Notes under the pieces: generated by a model
What the model saw: only the letters and a program-made list of their open reading frames with translations
The model's database searches: none
Told to the model about the DNA's origin: nothing
Shown: piece after piece, positions 8,704 to 17,791 of the stretch
Layout: each line of letters starts with the position of its first letter
How positions within the stretch are numbered: the stretch's first letter is position 1
Program-made: the position numbers and the translations under genes
Assembly: GCA_046759165.1 (NCBI GenBank)
Contig: JBHIBS010000020.1
Span: 1-30,145, forward strand
Direction: 5' to 3'
Source: a bacterium
GTDB lineage: Bacteria; UBA6262; WVXT01
Length of the DNA stretch: 30,145 bases

Positions 8704-9744
8704 TTATTTAAGTTTCTTTATGATTTTATCTTTAGTCATATTCTGGAGAAGCCAGGTCTTAATAAGCGTTTTTTCCCCGGAGAGCAAAGGACAGTGTTCT
8801 TCCTTACAATCTCTTAATAGCTTTCTACAAGAACAAACTTTACATTCAACATTATTTAAGATAGCCCGGGGCAAAGGAGTTTCCATCACATAGCAACTCT
8901 TACAGCAAAAAGCTCGTTTTTTACCATCTAACTTTCCATAGTAAGCCTTATCCAGGATAGGTCTACTGCAAATATAGCAATTCTTCCCTAAGTATTTTCC
9001 CCCCATCTTTTTTGCACATATTTTAGAACAAGGAGCATACATGGCAGAAACCGCATCCTCAGGGCTGAGTTTCATTTTATATAGATATATCTTAGCTGTA
9101 GAAATCATTGACCCAATCCTCTTACACCAGGGCATCTTTTCTATACAGGTGCGGATAGATTCAGTACATTCACAACCGCAAGTACCGTTATCTAAAACAA
9201 AATCTGGAATATCAGAAGTATCATAACTTCGCATCTGGTGAGCCATCTTAATAGCAGATTCAATTATTAAACTATACCTTTGTTGATATTTATTGCTTTT
9301 AAGCAGTTTAACTATTTTACCATCAGATTCACCTTGTTCCTTTAACTTTCTTATATCCTTGGCAATTGTCTCTTTAATTGGACAATCATTTTCTCCAGCC
9401 AAACATACCCAGACCTTCTCATTACAGGCACAGGGACAATTCAGATTACGAATGACTTCGGCTGGCAACTGGTGAATGAAGGCTATATTATTCCTATTAA
9501 AGTTATAAACTATCGCGCCCTTATCAAAATCTTTCTTAAACAGAAACCTTGCCCTGGCTCTTAAATCCTTGGCTATGGGGCAATCTGGCGAATGGTCTAT
9601 GGTCTTTCTTCCACTACAGCCAATGCAAAGAATTTTGGAGTAAATCTCATCTAATTCTTTCTCACTCTTTGATTCAGATGCATAAACTCCAGTCCAGAGT
9701 AATAAAACATTTAATATAACCAAAACTAAAATTCTTTTTTTCAT
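8704..9744 (-). CDS. Predicted secreted Cys-rich protein: four CcmH-like repeats plus a TRASH/YHS-like domain
   Basis: Likely start ATG 9744 (MKKRILVLVILNVLLLWTGVYA, signal-peptide-like; GAGG upstream). Repeats LCIGC..DCPIAKDLR, NCPCAC..C..DCP, TCGCEC..C..WC, ECKVCSC..DC..HCP; TRASH-like CYICSRPI...GKKRAFCCKSC. Confidence 0.75.
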   Translation of the reverse strand: MKKRILVLVILNVLLLWTGVYASESKSEKELDEIYSKILCIGCSGRKTIDHSPDCPIAKDLRARARFLFKKDFDKGAIVYNFNRNNIAFIHQLPAEVIRNLNCPCACNEKVWVCLAGENDCPIKETIAKDIRKLKEQGESDGKIVKLLKSNKYQQRYSLIIESAIKMAHQMRSYDTSDIPDFVLDNGTCGCECTESIRTCIEKMPWCKRIGSMISTAKIYLYKMKLSPEDAVSAMYAPCSKICAKKMGGKYLGKNCYICSRPILDKAYYGKLDGKKRAFCCKSCYVMETPLPRAILNNVECKVCSCRKLLRDCKEEHCPLLSGEKTLIKTWLLQNMTKDKIIKKLK

Positions 9745-9873
9745 CCGAACCTCTTCTTCAAATAAGCTACCATTAACAAGAAACAACTTATTCTGTCAAT
9801 AGCCTGACCAATTTCTAAAAGCAGGGGATAGATATTTTTCTCTTTATCTTTAGCTCAACACTTTATTTTTTAA

Positions 9874-9966
9874 CTATTCCTTGGGCAGTTTTAGGTCATG
9901 CCCAGGACCAAAGCAGTGTCCTTCACCACAATGGGCAACTCTGGGAATCATAAATCTTACTCTCAT
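9874..9966 (-). CDS. Unannotated 30-aa His/Cys peptide MRVRFMIPRVAHCGEGHCFGPGHDLKLPKE
   Basis: Strong SD AAAGGAGGTGA just upstream of the ATG. The 16-mer agcgaaaggaggtgaa (9973-9988) is identical to the one in front of the YHS gene (11841-11856). Too short for the ORF track. Confidence 0.7.
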   Translation of the reverse strand: MRVRFMIPRVAHCGEGHCFGPGHDLKLPKE

Positions 9967-9998
9967 ACCCGATTCACCTCCTTTCGCTTCGCTTCAGT

Positions 9999-10053
9999 TT
10001 CCGATTCATTCATCGGAATTCCTCCTTATTTGTCCCGATTTATTCATCGGGAC
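9999..10053. repeat. Two related short palindromes (REP-like)
   Basis: ttccgat-tcattc-atcggaa and gtcccgat-ttattc-atcgggac, each followed closely by cctcctt on the + strand. Confidence 0.6.
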
Positions 10054-10227
10054 CCTCCTTCAATGAGCGCACAACTACACACCTAGTTTTCTGGGTGTGT
10101 GGGTTATCTGCACGAATTGAACCCTGCACCATCTTTTTAGTTTTTTATAACAACATAAAGATTTTTTCATATTTTCTTACCTATAACCTCATCACAGTGG
10201 CAATAAACAGGGTAGTGCTCTATGAGC

Positions 10228-10254
10228 TCCCACCCTCTCTTGAAAAGGGCGGGA
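10228..10254 (-). terminator. GC-rich hairpin after the 400-aa gene
   Basis: tcccgccct-N9-agggtggga immediately after the stop codon; no clear U-tract. Confidence 0.35.
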
Positions 10255-10258
10255 TGGG

Positions 10259-11461
10259 TTAAAATATAGGCACTGGTATATTACCCCAGAGATGTTCTGG
10301 TTTACTCTTCATTAAGAAGACCACCTTTTCACTGGCAGGGTCTATATCTACAAAGAATATAGGCTCACGCCGTACATGCAAACTCATTGCCTCACTTATA
10401 TCTACTCTTTTTCCACCAGGACCAAGTGCTCGAGTAAAAATTAGACGCCAGGTAGTATCTAAGTCCAAATTATTTAACTGGCGCATAGGTTCAAGTGCAA
10501 GCATATCCCAGAGATGTCGCACCATAAAACCTATACCTCTACTGGATACCTTGCCGTGATGTTGTTCATGTTCCATAGCAGATGAAGTTAACAGTCCCTG
10601 CATTATATAATCGGAAGGCATTAAATAGGCAACTACTGCACCTTTTTCTATTTCATTTTCTAACTGCCCTTTAACTCTATCATCCTTAATAGAAATATCT
10701 AAAAGTTTACCAATTACCTCTTCCGTCCTGGGTGCTAAAGATATAACCTGTATATCTTTCCTTTCTAAAGTAGCAATTTGAGACTTGGAAAATTCCCTTA
10801 ATCCAAGTGCTAAAACAACAGCAATAGTTAAACTAACAACATAAAGTAAGGTAAAACTAAAACCTCTTCGGCTCTTATTAAAAGGTAATATGGCATAAAT
10901 TTTTCCTCCTATATTTCCCGGAAGAAACATATTGGGGACAAGTTGAATATATTGTGTGTAGCTTTTAGGATAAGCCTTTTTCATTCTTCTTTCTTCATCG
11001 CGGGCTAAAAAATAATATACAAAAAGCATACTTATAAATAGAATTAAAATAATAAATCGTGGCCAGAAGAGTAAAAGCCCAAGTCCTGATATACTCAAAG
11101 ATAAATATTGGGGATGTCGAATAAACCTGTAAAGCCCTCCTGTAACCACCCCACTACGGAAAAGTTTTGCCCCATATACCTGTAGCGCACAGACTAAAAA
11201 TGAAAAGAGGCCTAAAATAAAAAGAAATGGTCCTAAGGCAGAAAGAAATATCAGAAAACCATTACCAGCTACTGCTAAGTGGGGAAAGAAGAAACCTGTC
11301 AGCCAGGCAGTAGCTTGATGCCGGTAAAGAAAATTTAAAATCGGCGCGTATATCGAATAGAAGTATACAGCAAATGGGGTAATCATTATAATCACTTCTA
11401 AGGCAATTATCCCATAAAATAATAAAGCCGCCCAACTGCCGAATCTTTTAAAATTAGTCAT
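10259..11461 (-). CDS. Ste14/PEMT-like (isoprenylcysteine carboxyl methyltransferase family) membrane protein with C-terminal soluble domain
   Basis: VVTGGLYRFIRHPQYL and ARDEERRM...Y..Y motifs; multiple TM helices; His/Met patch MEHEQHHGK in the C-terminal extension. Confidence 0.8.
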   Translation of the reverse strand: MTNFKRFGSWAALLFYGIIALEVIIMITPFAVYFYSIYAPILNFLYRHQATAWLTGFFFPHLAVAGNGFLIFLSALGPFLFILGLFSFLVCALQVYGAKLFRSGVVTGGLYRFIRHPQYLSLSISGLGLLLFWPRFIILILFISMLFVYYFLARDEERRMKKAYPKSYTQYIQLVPNMFLPGNIGGKIYAILPFNKSRRGFSFTLLYVVSLTIAVVLALGLREFSKSQIATLERKDIQVISLAPRTEEVIGKLLDISIKDDRVKGQLENEIEKGAVVAYLMPSDYIMQGLLTSSAMEHEQHHGKVSSRGIGFMVRHLWDMLALEPMRQLNNLDLDTTWRLIFTRALGPGGKRVDISEAMSLHVRREPIFFVDIDPASEKVVFLMKSKPEHLWGNIPVPIF

Positions 11462-11643
11462 AATTTATCACCCCAAAATATTATGGAGGAATTGGCTTCT
11501 AACCTCGGACTTTTGTAAATCGATAATAACTTTAGCAATTTTTTAGCAGCCCGCCGACGCTCACCATGGTTTCTGCCCCAGGGTAATTTACCTTCCTCTC
11601 AAGGGTTACACAAGCGTCGGCGGATAAAACAGGACTCTGCTCA

Positions 11644-11835
11644 TTAATGGCAGGAACCAGACATCCCTCCTTCTTCTTCCTTGCCCATATATTTCATAGG
11701 TTCTGAATCAAACTTTTCCTTGCAAACTGGGCAACAGAAGTAGAAGGTTTTTCCCATATGTTCTGAAGTTGCGGCTGCTTCATCCTTCTTAACTGTCATT
11801 CCACATACAGGGTCTTTTACTTCATTCTCTTCCAT
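11644..11835 (-). CDS. YHS-domain protein (putative copper chaperone)
   Basis: KDPVCGMTV...GKTFYFCCPVCKEKFDSEPMKY, C-terminal MSGSCH; strong SD. Confidence 0.9.
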   Translation of the reverse strand: MEENEVKDPVCGMTVKKDEAAATSEHMGKTFYFCCPVCKEKFDSEPMKYMGKEEEGGMSGSCH

Positions 11836-11933
11836 CTTTTTTCACCTCCTTTCGCTCGGCAAAAGATAAAGTATTAAAGACTAACCATACTGATAATAGA
11901 ATGAATAAAAATGAGAAAACTCTTCTGATATGT

Positions 11934-12572
11934 TTAAACCTCTATTTCTGCTTTGGGGCGATGCTTGGGAAAGAACATACCAGTCTCTCTTTTATAATTA
12001 AGATATTGCTGACCAAATCTTTTTTCCATTTCTCTCTCCTCAACCTTAGCCAGGTGCCAGTAAGCAAGTAGAAGTATAGGCCACATTAGTATAGTTAGAA
12101 TTGTTGGCCATTGAATAAGCATCCCTGTGGTTATAAGAATTAGCCCTGAATATTGAGGATGACGAATATACTTATATAAACCATCAGTTACCAGTTGGTT
12201 TTCTCTCATTGCCTTATATATCTTTCTCCACCCTACCCCCATAATAACCAAACCTGTAAGCATAAGTAGACTACCTGTCTGACAAATTACTAATCCAGCT
12301 ATATCTCCTAAATTTAAAAGTGACGCCCACAGATGCCCTTTTATATGAAGAAAAGGTATATTAATGCCAAAAACAGAGGATAAGACATATATAGTCAATG
12401 GAAACCCATACATCTCTGCATATAAGTCTACAATAAATGCCTCAAATATACCTAAGTTGCGCCACTCCCTCTTCTTTGTTGGCATAAAGAAACTTATCGC
12501 AAATATGGTGAAAAACAAGACCATGAAAATGGCAACAGCCCACCTACTATATTCATAAACTTCTTTTTGCAT
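11934..12572 (-). CDS. Ste14/PEMT-like methyltransferase-family membrane protein of the type found beside copA
   Basis: AEMYGFPLTIY, GHLW, LVTDGLYKYIRHPQYSG, EEREMEKRFG. Confidence 0.88.
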   Translation of the reverse strand: MQKEVYEYSRWAVAIFMVLFFTIFAISFFMPTKKREWRNLGIFEAFIVDLYAEMYGFPLTIYVLSSVFGINIPFLHIKGHLWASLLNLGDIAGLVICQTGSLLMLTGLVIMGVGWRKIYKAMRENQLVTDGLYKYIRHPQYSGLILITTGMLIQWPTILTILMWPILLLAYWHLAKVEEREMEKRFGQQYLNYKRETGMFFPKHRPKAEIEV

Positions 12573-12622
12573 GTTGAATCACCTTTTTATCTTTTTCTAA
12601 AACAATACCTTGTTCAACTCTG

Positions 12623-15061
12623 TTAAGCGAGCTTTACTTTCCTTAAGCGATTGGCATTGGTAACCACTGATATGGAGCTAGTAGCCATAGCGATTTCGGC
12701 AATAACCGGATGGAGCAGCCCCAGAATGGCTATGGGTATGACGGAGGTATTGTAGCCGTAGGCCCAGTAGAGGTTCTGTTTAATCTTCCTGAAGGTAGCC
12801 CGGGAGAGTTTGATGGCCTTAACCACTGCTGATAACTCTCCACTTACGAGGGTTATATCCGATGCCTCAATAGCAATATCAGTTCCCGTGCCAATAGCTA
12901 TTCCCACATTAGCCTGGGTTAGAGCAGGGGCATCATTAATGCCATCGCCGACCATAGCAACCATTCCCACCTTCTCCTGAAGATGTTGTATCTCTCTTAC
13001 TTTCTGGTCTGGAAGCACCTCAGCTAAAACCCGACTTATACCAACTTTCTTAGCTACGGCTTTTCCGGTACGTTCATTATCTCCGGTTAATATAGCAGTC
13101 TCTAATCCCATCCTCTCCATCTCAGCAATAGCTGCTATGGAGTCATCCTTCAAGGTATCGGCCACTGCAATAATCCCAGCTATCCGGTTATCCTTAGCCA
13201 CTAACATTGCTGTCTTAGCTTCATCCTCAAGTCGCCTCAGGTCTTCCTCTATTGAGGAAGTCAATTCTACCCCTTCCATTAACTTTCGGCTGCCTACCAG
13301 GACTTCCTCTCCATTAAGTTTAGCCTTCACTCCTTTCCCGGTTACAGCCGCAAAATCTTGTGGAGGAATAAGATTTGTTCCCTTCTCCTGAGCCCTCCTT
13401 ACTATCGCCTGACCCAGAGGATGTTCCGAGCCCGATTCTACACTGGCAGCTAAACGGAGAACCTCATCCTCCTCAAATCCATCCATAGTTACAATGTCAG
13501 TCACCTCTGGTTTTCCCTTGGTAATGGTTCCAGTCTTATCAAAGACAATGGTATGGACATCCTTGAGAGTCTGAATAGCTGCACCTTCCCTGAAGAAGAT
13601 GCCATTTTCTGCTCCCATCCCGCTTCCCACCATAAGGGCAGTGGGAGTTGCCAGTCCCAAGGCACAGGGACAAGCAATAACCAGCACTGCCACAGCAGCA
13701 AATACAGCCAGGGAGACAACACCAAGGTTGGGATTAACCCAGGGGATAAACCTATCAGCCCAGGAAAGAATTCCAGCAAAGAATCCGGGAAAGAATAACC
13801 AGGCTAAAAAGGTCGATATGGCTATACCAATAACTGAAGGGACAAAATAACTGGTAACCTTATCGGCAAATTCTTGAATGGGAACTTTGGAACCCTGGCA
13901 TTCCTCTACCATCTTGATGACCTGGGAAAGAAAAGTATCTTTACCTATCTTGGTCGCCTTTATTTTTAACAATCCCTGCTGATTTATGGTTGCTCCGATT
14001 ACTTCATCACCTGGCTTTTTATTTACTGGCATCGATTCCCCTGTAGCCATAGATTCATCAATATAGCTTTCACCTTCCACAATCTCTCCATCAGTGGCAA
14101 TCTTCTCTCCCGGCCGAACTACCATAATATCATTTACTTTTACATCTTCTATGGACACCTCTTTTTCCTGACCATCAACCAGGACACGAGCAGTCTTTGC
14201 TCCTAACTCTAGCAATTTCTTTATTGCCTGGGAAGCACGGCCCTTAGCCTTTGCCTCTACATATCTGCCGGTCAGGTGGAAGGACATAATCATTGCTGCC
14301 ACTCCCGCATAGTTGGCAATAGGGGCAAAAAGGGCTGCAAAACCAGTAACATATGATGCCGAGGTGCCCATCCCAATAAGCACATTCATATTGGCAGTTA
14401 TGTGTTTAACTGCCTTCCACGCTGACTTAAATGTGGACATCCCCATTATAAACAAGACCGGCGTGGCTAAGATAATCATTCCCAGGTCATAAATCAACTT
14501 GTTTGGCCAAGGATGCCCCGTAATCATCTCCGGTATCATCCATGCTATAATCGGTACGGTAAATGCCCATGCCCAGAACATCCTCCCTTTGGCCTGGCGC
14601 ATCATCCGCTCTTCTTCCTCTTCTTCAACCGCCTCCTGTTCTAAAACCTGATAGCCAGTAGACTTAATTACCTGTTTAATTTCTTCAGGTTTAACCTGAG
14701 CTGAAGTATAAGATACAGTAGCCTTCTCGGCAGCAAAGTTTACATTGGCGTCAATGACACCCTTTGTCTTCTTCAAAGCCCTTTCAATAGTCTGAGCACA
14801 AGAGACACAACTCATCCCTCCTATTTTAAACACAATTTTCTCTTCTTCCCTTACTACTCCATAACCCGAATCTTCTACAGTCTTAATCAACTCGTTTTCT
14901 TTAATTTCTTCAGGTGTATAATGGATAATAGCTTTCTCTGTGGCAAAACTTACACTTGCTTTATTTACTCCTGATTTTTTATCTAAAGCATTCTCAATTG
15001 TTTGTGCGCAGGAGACACAACTCATTCCTTTTATCTTAAAGATTACTTTTTTGTCTGTCAT
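12623..15061 (-). CDS. copA: Cu(I)-translocating P1B-1 ATPase
   Basis: Two GMSCVSC metal-binding domains, [34 protein letters not shown] and MxxSS transmembrane ligands. Confidence 0.96.
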   Translation of the reverse strand: MTDKKVIFKIKGMSCVSCAQTIENALDKKSGVNKASVSFATEKAIIHYTPEEIKENELIKTVEDSGYGVVREEEKIVFKIGGMSCVSCAQTIERALKKTKGVIDANVNFAAEKATVSYTSAQVKPEEIKQVIKSTGYQVLEQEAVEEEEEERMMRQAKGRMFWAWAFTVPIIAWMIPEMITGHPWPNKLIYDLGMIILATPVLFIMGMSTFKSAWKAVKHITANMNVLIGMGTSASYVTGFAALFAPIANYAGVAAMIMSFHLTGRYVEAKAKGRASQAIKKLLELGAKTARVLVDGQEKEVSIEDVKVNDIMVVRPGEKIATDGEIVEGESYIDESMATGESMPVNKKPGDEVIGATINQQGLLKIKATKIGKDTFLSQVIKMVEECQGSKVPIQEFADKVTSYFVPSVIGIAISTFLAWLFFPGFFAGILSWADRFIPWVNPNLGVVSLAVFAAVAVLVIACPCALGLATPTALMVGSGMGAENGIFFREGAAIQTLKDVHTIVFDKTGTITKGKPEVTDIVTMDGFEEDEVLRLAASVESGSEHPLGQAIVRRAQEKGTNLIPPQDFAAVTGKGVKAKLNGEEVLVGSRKLMEGVELTSSIEEDLRRLEDEAKTAMLVAKDNRIAGIIAVADTLKDDSIAAIAEMERMGLETAILTGDNERTGKAVAKKVGISRVLAEVLPDQKVREIQHLQEKVGMVAMVGDGINDAPALTQANVGIAIGTGTDIAIEASDITLVSGELSAVVKAIKLSRATFRKIKQNLYWAYGYNTSVIPIAILGLLHPVIAEIAMATSSISVVTNANRLRKVKLA

Positions 15062-15099
15062 CTTATCCCTCCCTTAACAACAAAGTAGAATAATTATTT

Positions 15100-15384
15100 C
15101 TAATATTTCCTGAACTTTCTCAGGACTTCTATAATTTCCTCTATCTTCTTTTCTCTTTCTTCACGGTTTCCTTTTTTTAATGACCCATGGACACAGCTTC
15201 GTAAGTGTCGGTTCAAGATATTATTCTCCACCTCCATAATGGCTCCTACTGCCGAGGAAATCTGGGTAAGGATATCTATGCAGTATCTTTTGTTTGTAAT
15301 CATCTTCTGGATTCCCCGAATCTGACCTTCAATTCTTCTTAGCCTATTTAACTCCTCAATATGTGATGACCATTGAGCATTCAT
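15100..15384 (-). CDS. csoR: CsoR-family copper-sensing repressor
   Basis: RLRRIEGQIRGIQKM, YCIDILTQI, HLRSC (C-H-C fingerprint). Start moved to ATG 15384 (MNAQW) because the longer ORF runs through the promoter. Confidence 0.93.
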   Translation of the reverse strand: MNAQWSSHIEELNRLRRIEGQIRGIQKMITNKRYCIDILTQISSAVGAIMEVENNILNRHLRSCVHGSLKKGNREEREKKIEEIIEVLRKFRKY

Positions 15385-15423
15385 TCTTACACCCCCTTTG
15401 GACAAATGATTAACCCCTAAATA

Positions 15424-15453
15424 ATTATACCATACCCCCCTATGGTATGTCAA
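15424..15453 (-). promoter_or_regulatory. sigma70 promoter with embedded CsoR operator
   Basis: TTGACA-18 nt-TATAAT with extended -10 TG; spacer carries ATACC-ATAGGGG-GGTAT, the inverted repeat plus G-tract typical of CsoR operators. Confidence 0.9.
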
Positions 15454-15492
15454 GTAAAAAATAAAAAAAGTTTCTACCCTCTCCAATAAACA

Positions 15493-15644
15493 GTTTCCAA
15501 CCAATAGGCTGGAGTCCTTGCGAAAGCAAGGTTATTCCTCCCTTTCGAGAGGACTCCAGAGCATAAACCCACCTCCCTGGTCGAGTACCATTTATGGTGC
15601 CGTCTTCCGTCACCCTAAAGGGCAACCGACCGATGTCTGGAAAC
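15493..15644. other. Highly structured non-coding element (two three-way junctions inside terminal inverted repeats)
   Basis: Ends gtttcca/tggaaac; domain A 15509-15559 and domain B 15579-15631 each have a closing stem plus two tetraloop hairpins. Confidence 0.6.
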
Positions 15645-15646
15645 AA

Positions 15647-16579
15647 CTATTTTTCCTGAAAAAGGGGTGTACTCAGGTAGCGCTCGCCTAGATCTGGCAA
15701 GATGACCACAATCAGCTTGTCCCTGTTCTCCCGGCGTTTAGCCACTTCCATGGCTGCGTAAGCTGCTGCTCCTGAGGAAATCCCGCAGAAGATGCCTTCT
15801 TCTTGAGCCAATCTCTGCGAAGTTACCATTGCCTGTTCATCGGTTACTTTAAAAACTTCGTCAATAATGTTCTGGTTTAGAACTTCGGGAATGAAGCCAG
15901 CTCCAATTCCCTGAATCTTATGAGGACCAGGCTTACCTCCAGAAAGCACAGGGGAACTTGCAGGCTCAACAGCAATTGCCTTAAATGAAGGCTTCCTCTT
16001 TTTTATAACTTCCGCCACACCGGTAATTGTCCCTCCTGTACCTACTCCGGAAACCAAAATATCGGCTTTTCCATCCGTATCCTTCCATATTTCTTCAGCA
16101 GTAGTCTTCCTGTGAATTTCAGGATTGGCGGGATTTTTAAACTGTTGAGGCATAAAAGAATTTGGAGTCTTCTCCACTAACTCTTCTGCTCTCTTAACTG
16201 CTCCTTTCATTCCTTCACTGCCTGGAGTTAAAACTAATTCGGCTGCAAAAGCTTTCAGGAGAGCTCGCCTCTCCAGACTCATTGTATCCGGCATAGTAAG
16301 TACCAGTTTATAACCTCTGGTTGCACATACAAAGGCTAAGGCAATGCCTGTGTTTCCGCTCGTAGGTTCAATGATAATGGCTTTTCCCCTTTCTATTTTT
16401 CCTTGTTTCTCTGCTGCATCGAGCATCGCTACACCGATTCTGTCCTTTACGTTCCACAGAGGATTAAAAGATTCCAGTTTAGCTACCACTGTCGCACCTA
16501 ACCCCTTGGTGACTCTATTCAATTTCACCAAGGGGGTGTTGCCAATCGTCTTAGTGATGTCCTCATAAATCTTTCCCAT
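15647..16579 (-). CDS. cysK: Cysteine synthase A (O-acetylserine sulfhydrylase)
   Basis: [25 protein letters not shown] (PLP Lys), [31 protein letters not shown]. Likely start ATG 16579 (MGKIYEDI). Confidence 0.95.
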   Translation of the reverse strand: MGKIYEDITKTIGNTPLVKLNRVTKGLGATVVAKLESFNPLWNVKDRIGVAMLDAAEKQGKIERGKAIIIEPTSGNTGIALAFVCATRGYKLVLTMPDTMSLERRALLKAFAAELVLTPGSEGMKGAVKRAEELVEKTPNSFMPQQFKNPANPEIHRKTTAEEIWKDTDGKADILVSGVGTGGTITGVAEVIKKRKPSFKAIAVEPASSPVLSGGKPGPHKIQGIGAGFIPEVLNQNIIDEVFKVTDEQAMVTSQRLAQEEGIFCGISSGAAAYAAMEVAKRRENRDKLIVVILPDLGERYLSTPLFQEK

Positions 16580-16641
16580 TTGCAATTTCCCTTCTTTATT
16601 ATATATATCCCGCTTCAAGTATCTCTCAAAACATTTTATGC

Positions 16642-17790
16642 CTACACAACAATTTGTGTTAAACTATTTATAGCAAAATCTATCTCTTCCCTGGTATTAA
16701 AATATCCCAGGCTGAACCTAATTGTTCCTTCAGGAAAGGTTCCCAATTTTTTATGGGTATAGGGAGCGCAGTGTAGGCCTGTGCGACAGGCAATGCCAAA
16801 GGACTCATCCATGATTGCCCCCACCTCGGCAGGACTTAACTCCCCTATGTTAAAAGAAACAGTGCCTATTCTTTTTTCTCCATCCTGAGAACCATAAATT
16901 TTTACTTTTCTCATCCCGGATAACTTTTCTAAGAGATACTTCGTGAGTTCCATTTCATGCTGTCTAATTTTCTCTATTCCCTCTTTCTGAATAAATGTTA
17001 TGCCCTCTCCTAAGCCAGCAACCCCCACAGTATTAGTTGTCCCTCCTTCCAGTTTAAAGGGTAACTCTTCTGGCTGTAACTCAGATTCAGAATCTACACC
17101 ACTCCCACCTTCCCGCCAGGGTTCCAAATCTACTCTCGGTCCCACATATAAGCCGCCTGTTCCGGGAGGACCAAGTAGAGCCTTATGGCCAGGAAAAGCC
17201 AAAAGGTCTATGTTATCCCTCTCCACATCAATGGGAATAACTCCCGCAGTCTGTGCTGCATCAACCATAAAAATGGTGTCCCTTTTTTTAGAAATCTTTC
17301 CAATTTCTCCAATAGGCTGTAGACTACCAATTACATTGGAACCATGGACAACCACAACCAGCCTCGTTTGGGGAGTAAAGGCTTTACTGAGTTCCTCTAA
17401 ATCTATAAATCCATCCTCATTATGACTAACTCTGGTTACAGTGATTATCTCTTTTTTAACTAAACCTTCTAAGGGTCTGGAGACAGAATTGTGCTCCAGG
17501 TAAGTAGTAATCACATGGTCTCCCTTTTTCAATAACCCTTTGATTCCTATATTTAGCGAATCAGTACAATTGAGGGTGAAGATAATTCTGTGATGGTCCT
17601 TTATACCAAAAAATCGAGCTGTCTGGTAGCGAGTCTCCTCAATTATTCTTTCAGCACCCACTGCCATGCGATGTCCAGCCCGACCAGGATTGGCTCCCCA
17701 TCTACGTATGAACTCATCCATCTTCTTATACACACTTACTGGTTTTGGCCAGGAAGTAGCTGCATTATCAAAGTATATTATTTTTTTCAT
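16642..17790 (-). CDS. Cysteine desulfurase family protein (aminotransferase class V, SufS/Csd-like)
   Basis: [36 protein letters not shown] (PLP Lys), RTGLHCAP (group II catalytic Cys). Confidence 0.92.
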   Translation of the reverse strand: MKKIIYFDNAATSWPKPVSVYKKMDEFIRRWGANPGRAGHRMAVGAERIIEETRYQTARFFGIKDHHRIIFTLNCTDSLNIGIKGLLKKGDHVITTYLEHNSVSRPLEGLVKKEIITVTRVSHNEDGFIDLEELSKAFTPQTRLVVVVHGSNVIGSLQPIGEIGKISKKRDTIFMVDAAQTAGVIPIDVERDNIDLLAFPGHKALLGPPGTGGLYVGPRVDLEPWREGGSGVDSESELQPEELPFKLEGGTTNTVGVAGLGEGITFIQKEGIEKIRQHEMELTKYLLEKLSGMRKVKIYGSQDGEKRIGTVSFNIGELSPAEVGAIMDESFGIACRTGLHCAPYTHKKLGTFPEGTIRFSLGYFNTREEIDFAINSLTQIVV

Positions 17791-17791
17791 T

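Noticed and set aside
8704-9744. Multiheme cytochrome c or ferredoxin
   Set aside because: No CxxCH and no CxxCxxCxxxCP motifs despite the many Cys.
10108-10130. tRNA fragment (GGTTCAATTC, T-loop-like, minus strand)
   Set aside because: The flanking stem is imperfect and there is no cloverleaf or CCA end.
11551-11623. SRP RNA or intrinsic terminator
   Set aside because: It lacks the SRP helix-8 CAGG..GGAA..AGCAG motif; the loop is too long and there is no U-tract.
15493-15644. CRISPR array, suggested by GTTTC...GAAAC ends
   Set aside because: These are one inverted pair, not direct repeats with spacers; no cas genes are present.
15385-15646. 68-aa ORF 15440-15646 and the 40-aa N-terminal extension of CsoR
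   Set aside because: Both run through the structured element or the consensus promoter/operator; CsoR similarity begins at MNAQW.
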